From Amphiscolops sp. MND2022 (Eukaryota): 64,000 nt of DNA. This document shows, one piece after another, positions 36,912-45,380 of this stretch. The stretch is taken from NCBI GenBank assembly GCA_964187785.1, contig OZ076409.1, forward strand, positions 56,918,001-56,982,000, written 5' to 3'. The translations under genes were made by a program, and so were the position numbers. Within the stretch, counting starts at the first letter, position 1; each line of letters starts with the position of its first letter. The notes under the pieces were generated by a model. It had not been told where the DNA came from and did not search any database. It worked only from the letters and a program-made list of their open reading frames with translations.

Positions 36912-39581
36912 CTAAGCGATATTGGGAGGGTCGGGGGACGGGAGAACGGGTGCGAGTTTGACGATGGGTCGAACTAGGTTTCCTGTTGCTGTTTTCAGTT
37001 CGGCAGAGCGGGCGATTGAGTCAGTTCCGTAGTTCAACTTAACCACTCGTGCAAGTGGGTAATGTCCTCGTGGACTCGTCGGCTCGACAATCCAGACGAG
37101 GTCTCCGGTGATGAGATCTCGTTCTGGTGGAGTCGACCACTTTGAGCGACGATTAAGTGAAGGAACGTACTCTCGTAACCAGCGTTCCCAGATAGCATCA
37201 GAGTATGCTTGAGCACGGACGTAACGCTTACGGTGGTCGATGTCGGCACGTTGGTGAGATGGCATTGTGGAACCCGCAGTTCCCAACAGGAAGTGATTTG
37301 GTGTCAGAGCATCCAAGTCTGTGGCATCCGAACTTACAGGTACAAGTGGGCGGGAATTGAGACTCTGCTCGACTAAACAAAACGTAGTTGTCAAAATCTC
37401 ATCTGTTAGTCGCCGGTTTCCAAGAATCGCGTAGAAGATGTGTTTAAAACTCCTTACAATACGTTCCCAGACACCTCCATGGTGGGGAGCGCTTGGAGGA
37501 TTAAACTTCCATTGGATCCGTTTTTTGACGAGCGTTTCCGACAAGGTTTGTTGGTTCCAAGCTGCTACGTTTTGTAACAATTCCTTTTCGCTGGCAACGA
37601 AATTTGTTCCATTGTCAGACCACAAGACAGATGGAGTGCCCCGGCGGGCAGCGAAGCGCTCTATTCCCATCACACAACTACTAGTGTCCATGGTAGGGAC
37701 AACTTCGAAGTGAACGGCTCTAGTAGTAAGACAGGTGAAAAGGAAACCCCATCGTTTCTCTGTTGACCTTTTAACAGAAACGTAGAAAGGTCCGAAGTAG
37801 TCGATGCCAGTATTAGTGAAAGGAGGTTCTCTGTAAGCTAGTCTTTCGCGGGGAAGATCTGCCATTATCGGATTGATTGTATTAGCTCGTCGTTTCCGGC
37901 ATGTAACACACTTCGAGACAACTGTTCGCAGGGATGCTCTAAGTTTGACGATAGCGAACTGTTGTTGCACTAGCGCCCTCAAATAGTCAATACCTTGATG
38001 ACAGTGTGTTTGATGGAGATGTTCTAAGAAAAGCCGGATAACAGGATGTCGGCTGTCGAGTAGAACTGGGTGTTTGGCATCAAAGTTGGACACTTCGAGT
38101 CGTTTCGTTCGACCGGTTGCTCGCAAGAGGCCTTGAGGCCCAATGAAGGGGGAAAATTGAAGGATTTTGGAAGTACTGTTGAGTGGAGATCCTTTCAACA
38201 GACTCGTCTTCTCTGTAGGAAAAGACTCATGTTGCACGAGGTAGAAAAGTCTACATTGAGCATTCTCTAGTTCTTGGGGATCAGTGACAGAGCCCGAAAT
38301 GGAACGGTATCCTTCGTTTTTCGGCAGTAAGCGCAAAGCGTAGGCAACAACGCGCAGGAGTTTCTCGTACGAGCTATACTTCTGCCACTCGAAAGTTGAT
38401 GCGATGCTAGCTACTGTTGCACTTAATGCAGTGTCAGTTTCGAAAGTAGTGTAATTGGTTTCATGAAGCTCTGTCGTTTTTGCTTTGAGTTTGAATTTCA
38501 CGTTTGTTGGTGGTACAAATGGCCAGTCGGGAGTTTTCAGAAACGAAGGTCCGGTGAGCCAAGGGCTGTCGCGAAGTGACTTGGCACAAATTCCGCGTGT
38601 CCCAACATCTGCCGGGTTATCACTTGACTTCACATAGTTCCATTCGTCTACCGTACTGAGTTCTAGGATTTCTGCTACACGGTTTGTAACAAAGACTGGC
38701 TGCTTTTCTAACGAGTTGAGCCAATGCAGGACCGTCGTGCTGTCAGTCCACATGAAAATCTTGTCAATCTTTAACGTGAGGGCATTTTGAATTTCTTTTC
38801 GAAGTCGTGCGGCGAGTAATGAGGCCTGTAACTCGAGCTTGGGAATCGTGAGGGCTTTCATAGGTGCCACTCTAGCTTTTCCGAAGACGAAAGCTAGTTC
38901 GGTACAGGTGCGGTTAGCAGCGGTTACCTTTCCTCGTAAAAAGGCGACGGCGCTGAAAACATCTTGTGAGCTATCACCAAACATGTGAAGCTCCATTGAT
39001 TCCACACGTCCTTCGAAGTAGCTCCTTGGTATTTCAATTTCGCCCAACATTGTTAACTCTTCACTCCATTCAATGAACTTGGTTACAATCTCATCTGGTA
39101 GGTCATCGTCCCATTGTTGACCACTTAGTCTCCAGATGTCTTTCAACAATAACCTCGCTTGAACGGTGTAGGGAGCCACGAGGCCAATTGGGTCGTACAC
39201 CGCTGAAACTAAGCTCAACACTACCCGTTGTGTTATCTTTTTCGTGGTGTCGGGACTTGTGCCTCGACTCACTACAAGGGTATCAGTTGAGTGATTCCAT
39301 TTGAGTCCCAAAACGTGGGAACACTCTTCAGCGATTGGTATTTCTTTTTCTTGATTCGATGTGAGGTCTGGTTCGAGCTTGGTTGGCAGTTGGCTCACGT
39401 TAGAAACGAATTTGGTTAGCTTGAACCCGCCTTTTGCAAGTAGCTTTACTAGGTCCTTCGCTTTGTTGCTGGCATCTTCCACGGTAGGACTTGATTCCAG
39501 GTAGTCGTCCATGTAGAAGCTTCGATGGACACTTTGAGCTGCTTGCGGAAAATCGCTTTGATTGTCGGTACCGGTGCGTTT
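36912..39581 (-). CDS. pol: Pol C-terminal part: RT palm/thumb, RNase H, integrase
   Basis: FYMDDYL; ELHMFGDSSQDVFSAVAFLR...KARVAPMKALTIPKLELQA; HQTHCH...CVTC; GIDYFGP, SDNGTNF and GGVWER; W..EY.P.L C-terminal domain. In frame with the upstream ORF across one TAG at 39582-39584. Confidence 0.95.
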   Translation of the reverse strand, partial: KRTGTDNQSDFPQAAQSVHRSFYMDDYLESSPTVEDASNKAKDLVKLLAKGGFKLTKFVSNVSQLPTKLEPDLTSNQEKEIPIAEECSHVLGLKWNHSTDTLVVSRGTSPDTTKKITQRVVLSLVSAVYDPIGLVAPYTVQARLLLKDIWRLSGQQWDDDLPDEIVTKFIEWSEELTMLGEIEIPRSYFEGRVESMELHMFGDSSQDVFSAVAFLRGKVTAANRTCTELAFVFGKARVAPMKALTIPKLELQASLLAARLRKEIQNALTLKIDKIFMWTDSTTVLHWLNSLEKQPVFVTNRVAEILELSTVDEWNYVKSSDNPADVGTRGICAKSLRDSPWLTGPSFLKTPDWPFVPPTNVKFKLKAKTTELHETNYTTFETDTALSATVASIASTFEWQKYSSYEKLLRVVAYALRLLPKNEGYRSISGSVTDPQELENAQCRLFYLVQHESFPTEKTSLLKGSPLNSTSKILQFSPFIGPQGLLRATGRTKRLEVSNFDAKHPVLLDSRHPVIRLFLEHLHQTHCHQGIDYLRALVQQQFAIVKLRASLRTVVSKCVTCRKRRANTINPIMADLPRERLAYREPPFTNTGIDYFGPFYVSVKRSTEKRWGFLFTCLTTRAVHFEVVPTMDTSSCVMGIERFAARRGTPSVLWSDNGTNFVASEKELLQNVAAWNQQTLSETLVKKRIQWKFNPPSAPHHGGVWERIVRSFKHIFYAILGNRRLTDEILTTTFCLVEQSLNSRPLVPVSSDATDLDALTPNHFLLGTAGSTMPSHQRADIDHRKRYVRAQAYSDAIWERWLREYVPSLNRRSKWSTPPERDLITGDLVWIVEPTSPRGHYPLARVVKLNYGTDSIARSAELKTATGNLVRPIVKLAPVLPSPDPPNIA

Positions 39582-41426
39582 CTACGCGTAGTTGGCGCAC
39601 GTGGGCGAGTCTTTGGAGCCAAAGATATGCCGGGTGTATTGGTATACAGCTATTTCGGAAGCTGGGTCTTCCCGCCACAGGAAACGAAGTGACGGTCGGT
39701 CGCGTGGAATAACTCCAACTTGGAGAAACATTCCTTCTATGTCGGCGGAGACAGCATACTTGAACTGTCGGAAACGAATTAGGATGTGGATTAAACTTTG
39801 TAGCAAATCCGGTCCAGTTAACAAGGCGTTGTTCAGGGATTTACTTTGAAACTTTGCTGCTCCGTTCAAAACTCTGCGGACTTTGCCAGGTTTATGTGGG
39901 TTGACAACTGGGTGGTGCGGCAGATACCACTCGCGAGGGTTGTCCACTTTGAAGCAGTCTGTTTTGTCGATTTTTTCAATATACCCTTTCTCTAAGTCAT
40001 CTTGGATTGTTTTACCGTAGTGTTGTTTCAACTCGGGGTCTTTGCTGAAGCGCCTTTCCAGTGATTTTAGCTGTACCAGGGCAGAAAAGTAGTTATTCGG
40101 CAAGCTACTTCCGTCTTCTGCCCACAACATTCCCACTTGGTACCGGCAACCATCGTGGTACGTTGTTTCGTCAAGTATTTTCGACGCCCTCGCGTCGGCA
40201 GCGGAGCGCGAATCTGCTTGTTTGTACGTTCCGTACGATTCCATATCGTACCAGCTACGTAGTTGGTCAACAAGTTCGGTATCCAATTGTTTGTCACAAG
40301 TAACAGCTTTAAAACATGTTGAATAGAAACCCGAGGTCGACGGTAGTGGCCCACTCAAAACCCAGCCCAATGGTAGACGGACGGCAACTGGAGTATTTTT
40401 GCGGTCGGAATCAAAATACTCCAGCGGGCGGATCGAGTGAAACACATCCTGACCAAGGATCATTTCCACATCAGCGTAACTGTACTTTTTCAAAGCGATT
40501 GGTTCGAGGTGTGGGTACTTTGTTTTCAAAAAATCGACGTCAATGAAGTCAGTTCCGACACTAAGGTCCTCCCTGACGTACGGTTTTACAACAAAGGGCG
40601 AGCAAGAGCCACCTGAATGAACGGGTGTCAACTTAAGCTCTACCATTTGTGTGTCAACAACTTGGTTAGAATTAATCCCGTGGACGGTGAGTTGGGTTGG
40701 TTTGCCATTAACATTCAACTTTTTTGCCAGATTCGCGGAGATCCAGGAATGGCTGCAGGCAGAATCACACAGCGCTAAAACTTTTTCCGACTTACTATGT
40801 GACTGAAGTTCGACTTCCGTTACTTGTAGTAATCCTTTGACATCTGTGACGGAAGGCATGCCTGAGCTTTCTTCTGGTTTCTCGCTGTTTATCGATGTGC
40901 CAATGCAACCAGATGTTTCGGGTTTTACTTTGCTGCTACTGACAGCATTCTTTGTGAAAATCCGCTCAGCTCCGTGCAAGAAGGTGTTGTGTGAGCTTTC
41001 ACATCCATCTTTGGTGCACTTGCGGGGCTGTGGACACTGTCGGAACGAGTGATTGGGTTGGAAGCACGAAAAACAAAGCTTGTTGTCCGCCACAATTCTT
41101 GCTCTTTCCGTGGGTGTCTTTTTTCTGAAAACTGGACATCTCCACAACGGATGTTTGTCTTTACAGGCGACACAGTTTGACAGTTGTTCCACTTTACTCT
41201 TCGAATTCGAACGTTGTTGGCTAGACGAGGCTGTCGAGGCAAAAACTTTGGAGACAGTTTTAGTCTTGGTTGCAGTGATGGTACTGTCTTCGGTTTTTGG
41301 CTTGAGGGACGCTGACTTCATGCGCTCGTGCGCTTCAGCCTTATCTTTTAGCCAGTCGTTGAAATCGATCAGTGTTGGCCTGTCCAATGTTCGCTTCACC
41401 GTGTGCATTGACCATGCTTCTTTCAT
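39582..41426 (-). CDS. pol: Gag C-terminus (three Cys/His knuckles), aspartic protease and RT N-terminus
   Basis: CVACKDKHPLWRC, CFSCFQPNHSFRQC, CTKDGCESSHNTFLH; protease ALCDSAC; WYLPHHPVVNPHKPGKVRRVLN, SLNNALLTGPDL and ADIEGMFLQV. Confidence 0.95.
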   Translation of the reverse strand: MKEAWSMHTVKRTLDRPTLIDFNDWLKDKAEAHERMKSASLKPKTEDSTITATKTKTVSKVFASTASSSQQRSNSKSKVEQLSNCVACKDKHPLWRCPVFRKKTPTERARIVADNKLCFSCFQPNHSFRQCPQPRKCTKDGCESSHNTFLHGAERIFTKNAVSSSKVKPETSGCIGTSINSEKPEESSGMPSVTDVKGLLQVTEVELQSHSKSEKVLALCDSACSHSWISANLAKKLNVNGKPTQLTVHGINSNQVVDTQMVELKLTPVHSGGSCSPFVVKPYVREDLSVGTDFIDVDFLKTKYPHLEPIALKKYSYADVEMILGQDVFHSIRPLEYFDSDRKNTPVAVRLPLGWVLSGPLPSTSGFYSTCFKAVTCDKQLDTELVDQLRSWYDMESYGTYKQADSRSAADARASKILDETTYHDGCRYQVGMLWAEDGSSLPNNYFSALVQLKSLERRFSKDPELKQHYGKTIQDDLEKGYIEKIDKTDCFKVDNPREWYLPHHPVVNPHKPGKVRRVLNGAAKFQSKSLNNALLTGPDLLQSLIHILIRFRQFKYAVSADIEGMFLQVGVIPRDRPSLRFLWREDPASEIAVYQYTRHIFGSKDSPTCANYA

Positions 41427-43291
41427 ATTCGGTGGAGCTTTTGCACCGCTTGTCCCAGCAGTGATGCACTGGATAGATCTTGAAGGTAATTCAAAGAGCG
41501 GAAGACTCCGACTAAAGAACAGATGGTCGCCGAGTAACTGATGATGTTCTCACTGTTGTGCATCTTTAGAGGTGGGAAGTTCGATAACTTGTCGAGGTAC
41601 GCAGTTACTACAGTCTGGGGCTGGCCGAATTTTCGCTCTAAAGCCTTTAACGCGTCTTTATACATTGCTCCACAGTAAGCGAATTCGGAAATAGCCGTCT
41701 TGGCTTTACCTGTTACGAGGGTCTTCAGGTATGTTAGCTTGACATCGTCTGTTAGTGGGGACGAATCGATAGCGCTTTTGAATTGGCTGAACCACTCGTG
41801 CCACTGTAGCGGATCGCCACTGTATTGCGCTAACTTCCACTCGGGCAGATGGTCTTTCTTCGTTGAAGCTAACAAAAGCGCAAGATCTTGAAGAGAAAAC
41901 CCAGTTGTACTTGGTTGCTGTATCAACGTGGTTCCTGCAGGCACAAAAGTTGGAGCGGTTGGACTCAAAGTCGTGGTTGGTTGCGTTGTGGTATATACAG
42001 TGGGGTTACTAAGAGTTGTCAGCGGAACATAATACACAGCTCCCCCACGCGTAACGGGTATTGATGGTACGCTGCTGACCGGTGTGATAGCTACAGGAAT
42101 GGTAGACACACTTGCGGGAGGTGTCTGGGGTGAAGCTGTTGTAACAATTGGTGTCGGATTAATGGTCGGGTTAGGGAATGTCCATGCGGATAAGTTCGGT
42201 AGGAGGTGGTTCACCGGCATTGTGAACGTTGGCATCCTTGGCGGTACCAATGGCGGCTGCGGGACGTGTGAGAAAGTACTGGTTGCCTGGAGAATAGGCA
42301 ACTGTTGTGAAATGGCCGGTGTTGATGGTCCGGGGACTGGCACGGTAGGTTCCGTAGGTGTAAGTGATGTTACTGCCTGTGCTACAGCATTAGGACCCAC
42401 GGTTGGCACCGGGACAACTGTTGTTGGGACACCAACTGCTGTTGGCGCTTGGTTTGTACCGTCCGGTGTCATGGTAGTTGGATCAGCATTACCCAGTGGC
42501 GGAAGCGAAGATGTCACTGCGGTAGTAGTAGCAATCGACGTTGCAATGCCAATGGGAACCACTGCTTGCGGTTGGGTATTGTTGATAGTAACAACCGGGG
42601 AGTTGTTGATCCATTCGTTTATCCTTTGATTCTCGTTGGCTGCGCTTGTACCACTCAGTCGTGACAAAGTTTCGTGCAAATCCTCGTTGGCTTCGGAAAG
42701 ATCATCTTGGAGTTCCAACTCCACAAGGTGAGCTGCTGCCAGTCGTTTCCGGTTTTCTTCTTGTAGCTGCTCTAATTCGAGCTCTTGCTTCTGCTTAGCT
42801 AGTCGTAAAGCGGCTTCGTTCTGCCTTTCTACCTCTTCTCGCTTATGCTGAGCAATAAGCAATTCGCGTTGTCTTTGACTGGAGGACTTAGATACCTTGC
42901 TACTAGAAGCTTTACTGGATTTCACCTTTTTTGAAGTCCTAGCTGAAGATTGTGATGACCGTTCAACGTTAGGGCACTGGTCTATATACTCCCTTGCACT
43001 CCTGAGAATTTCATCGTTTTGAACAGTGGTGTCATTCAGCCACTTTTCCAAATCGGCTTTTACAGATGCAGGGTCACTTGTTTTCTTAGCAAGTTCGAGG
43101 AGCTGTTCATTCTTGGAGAACGCTTTGGTCATGGCTTCTTCGCAGTAAGTGACCAACCGTTCGATGCGGACGCGTCTCTCGGCATTGTTAACTGCTTCTG
43201 TCACTTCCCTTTGAATTTTGTTTAGGTCGGCCTCGGCTTTCGCACGACTGTCAAACAACTTCTGTACTTTCTCGTGAACGGGGTCAGACAT
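41423..43291 (-). CDS. gag: BEL-type Gag N-terminal part (coiled coil, P/T/V-rich linker, capsid-like domain)
   Basis: LPEWKLAQYSGDPLQWHEWFSQFKSAI...KLTYLKTLVTGKAK...LERKFG is the BEL gag motif. A 1-nt deletion near 41435 (KLPPNMK becomes KLHRI*) separates it from the next ORF. Confidence 0.93.
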   Translation of the reverse strand: MSDPVHEKVQKLFDSRAKAEADLNKIQREVTEAVNNAERRVRIERLVTYCEEAMTKAFSKNEQLLELAKKTSDPASVKADLEKWLNDTTVQNDEILRSAREYIDQCPNVERSSQSSARTSKKVKSSKASSSKVSKSSSQRQRELLIAQHKREEVERQNEAALRLAKQKQELELEQLQEENRKRLAAAHLVELELQDDLSEANEDLHETLSRLSGTSAANENQRINEWINNSPVVTINNTQPQAVVPIGIATSIATTTAVTSSLPPLGNADPTTMTPDGTNQAPTAVGVPTTVVPVPTVGPNAVAQAVTSLTPTEPTVPVPGPSTPAISQQLPILQATSTFSHVPQPPLVPPRMPTFTMPVNHLLPNLSAWTFPNPTINPTPIVTTASPQTPPASVSTIPVAITPVSSVPSIPVTRGGAVYYVPLTTLSNPTVYTTTQPTTTLSPTAPTFVPAGTTLIQQPSTTGFSLQDLALLLASTKKDHLPEWKLAQYSGDPLQWHEWFSQFKSAIDSSPLTDDVKLTYLKTLVTGKAKTAISEFAYCGAMYKDALKALERKFGQPQTVVTAYLDKLSNFPPLKMHNSENIISYSATICSLVGVFRSLNYLQDLSSASLLGQAVQKLHRI

Positions 43292-43720
43292 GATAATGTC
43301 GAAAGTGGAAATCGGTAACCGTTTGTACTTTTCCCGACGTCAACCAAACAATCAAGTTTGGACGCAGTTCAAGGAAATGTTTAGTGGTGAGGAATACGGG
43401 GTCAATCAGTGACAGCACGGTGTTTATACAGTGCTTAGAGAAAGAAATTGGCGGTTTTTTTTGGTTTTAAGTTAAAATTAGTCACAGACTACGAGGACGG
43501 AACACGATAAACTCAAAGTCGCGTCGACTCAACGCGGTAACAGTTGACGGTGGTGCGGGTGAGGGACGAAACGACTTTCAGAGTATCAACCAGTCAGTCA
43601 AGGCTGGACACAACTCTGAAAGAAGGAGGAAGAGCTGAAGAAACTTCAACCGATCAGTGAAGTTCGGACACTGTCTCGACAGCTGGAACCAGCGGGGGGG
43701 GGGGGGGTTGTCAACTGAGA

Positions 43721-44329
43721 CTAAAAGGAGGCAGCGGCTCTCTTAGCAGCGTTCCGGGCACGCTTACTTGGCCGTTTGGGTCGGCTTTTATCAGTTATTG
43801 AGGAGAGTTCGTTCTCATTACGGAGCAGAAAGTACAAATTTTTCAGTTCAAGCTCAGGGCTCTGATGCAGTGCTTTAAATTTTTTCAAAAGGTCGGCATC
43901 CTTCTGTTTTTTCAGGGAAATAAAGTCTTTGACTATATCGAATACTTTGATATCAAGATCGGTTTCCAATGTTTTCAATGATTCAAAGATCTCGGGGGTA
44001 CGAAAGCGGTGGCAATACACCAGAGCACTGAGTTTTTTCTGAATGTGTTTCAAAATTTCAATTAATTCTGACACTGATAATGCACAAAAGTTATTACTAT
44101 GATGTCGGGAAATGCTGTTATTTAGGACATCGTGCCAAATGACAATGTTGGTTTTGTCTTTCAGATCTTTAGAAAGCAGATTTTGAACAATTTTTCGGGG
44201 ATTTTTTGTGTGTGGATTCAAACTTAGGCCCGGGATAGAGAAAATTTTTTCTTTATATTGATCTCTTTTTTCGGGGGGTAACGTTTCCAAAGCATGATGT
44301 AGAGAACTTGCGGCTAGAATGAACACCAT
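43721..44329 (-). CDS. Extra ORF (202 aa from the ATG), SGNH/GDSL hydrolase-like, upstream of gag
   Basis: Intact sense-strand ORF inside the element. Motif order VFILAASSL / FSIPGLSL / IVIWHDVLNNS / KALHQS parallels SGNH blocks I, II, III and V. It ends in a basic tail. The fold call is by eye only. Confidence 0.65.
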   Translation of the reverse strand: MVFILAASSLHHALETLPPEKRDQYKEKIFSIPGLSLNPHTKNPRKIVQNLLSKDLKDKTNIVIWHDVLNNSISRHHSNNFCALSVSELIEILKHIQKKLSALVYCHRFRTPEIFESLKTLETDLDIKVFDIVKDFISLKKQKDADLLKKFKALHQSPELELKNLYFLLRNENELSSITDKSRPKRPSKRARNAAKRAAASF

Positions 44330-44611
44330 GAACTTTTTCGCAATAATTACTTTCCCAGTCAAGAACTAAATTTCGATGATAGAAACTTATATGTTTTTCC
44401 AAATTAGACACCTTTTCCCAGTCTTTGAAAGAATTGATTTCACATTTTGGGTCAAACAAGATGTTGGAGTTTTCCTTAATTTGCTATCTCGAAGAATTAA
44501 ACAAAATTTAAAGAGTTTTCAAAGTTTATCAGTTTGCTTTCTCTATTACTCACGACCATGGGTCTTTCCGGCGAATTGGGGGGTCTTCGGTGGGTTGAGG
44601 GAGGCGGTGGT

Positions 44612-44940
44612 ACGCCCTCGTCTGTGTGGGTGGCGGGGGGGGACACCCTCGTGTGTGTGGGTGGCGGGGGGAACACCCTCGTCTGTGTGTGGGTGGCGGG
44701 GGGAAACACCCTCGTCTGTGTGTGGGTGGGGGGAAACACCCTCGTCTGTGTGTGGGTGGCGGGGGGAAACACCCTCGTGTGTGTGTGGGTGGCGGGGGAA
44801 ACACCCTCGTCTGTGTGTTGGTTGCGGGAAAAACACCCTCGTCACTGGGTGTTGGTTGCGGGAAAAACACCCTCGTCACTGGGTGTGGGTGGCCGGGGAA
44901 ACACCCTCGTGCGGGTGGGAACTGTACCCTCGTCTGGTGG
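44612..44940. repeat. GC-rich minisatellite, about 11 units of 30-34 bp, in the BEL leader
   Basis: Core ACACCCTCGT followed by variable (GT)n-GGGTGGC-Gn-An tracts. Confidence 0.95.
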
Positions 44941-45010
44941 ACACATCTAGTTTGTAGGGCGATAATTGTTTCGAAATAGTTCGAAGAATATTTGGGTGAC
45001 AGTTTCTATT

Positions 45011-45030
45011 GAATCCTGGTCTGGACACCA
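45011..45030 (-). promoter_or_regulatory. Primer-binding site TGGTGTCCAGACCAGGATTC
   Basis: Abuts the 5' LTR; its complement GAATCCTGGTCTGGACACCA has the form of a tRNA T-arm/acceptor/CCA end. The isoacceptor is not assigned. Confidence 0.9.
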
Positions 45031-45380
45031 TATAAGGATCTGTATATTCGAGTCGCCTTCGGCTAATAATACAGTCCGTTTGCAAAGAGTTTTTTTGAAC
45101 GCAGTATTAAAACATTCAAAGACATCAGTGAATAAATCAAAACAACTTGCAAAAGATCAATGTTGTTTACAAATATAATTAAACAAATTAAAGTTTCGAG
45201 ATAGCAAATTATTTGAATGATATTTGAAAAATATATTTTACTATTTTCAGAAGTAGCAAATATTTGACGGTTTCGGGAATCGAACCGGTAACCTTCAAAT
45301 TCCGAGTCCCATACTCTACCGACCGTGCTACGGTCACTTAATTTTGTTTGTTTTAATTCAACCATATTTGCTTTGCAACA
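45031..45380 (-). repeat. 5' LTR of the BEL/Pao element
   Basis: Identical by eye to 36401-36750. Confidence 0.97.
45265..45337 (-). ncRNA. tRNA-Lys-like sequence with Pol III A/B boxes inside the 5' LTR
   Basis: Same sequence as 36635-36707. Confidence 0.7.

Larger units (their letters stand above)
36401..45380 (-). mobile_element. Full-length, very young BEL/Pao LTR retrotransposon (8980 bp) with an extra ORF
   Basis: Identical 350-bp LTRs, 5-bp TSD ATGTG (36396-36400 and 45381-45385), PBS, PPT and a BEL-type gag-PR-RT-RH-IN polyprotein. Confidence 0.97.

Noticed and set aside
42084..42629. 181-aa + strand ORF, and similar antisense ORFs over BEL pol and the terminal gag
   Set aside because: Antisense shadows of real coding sequence with no recognisable motifs.
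44612..44940. CRISPR-like array (constant ACACCCTCGT with variable intervening sequence)
   Set aside because: The intervening sequences are variants of one another rather than unique spacers, the context is a eukaryotic retrotransposon, and there are no cas genes.
44376..44979. Several overlapping ORFs on both strands
   Set aside because: They arise from the stop-poor GC-rich minisatellite and give repetitive translations in all frames.
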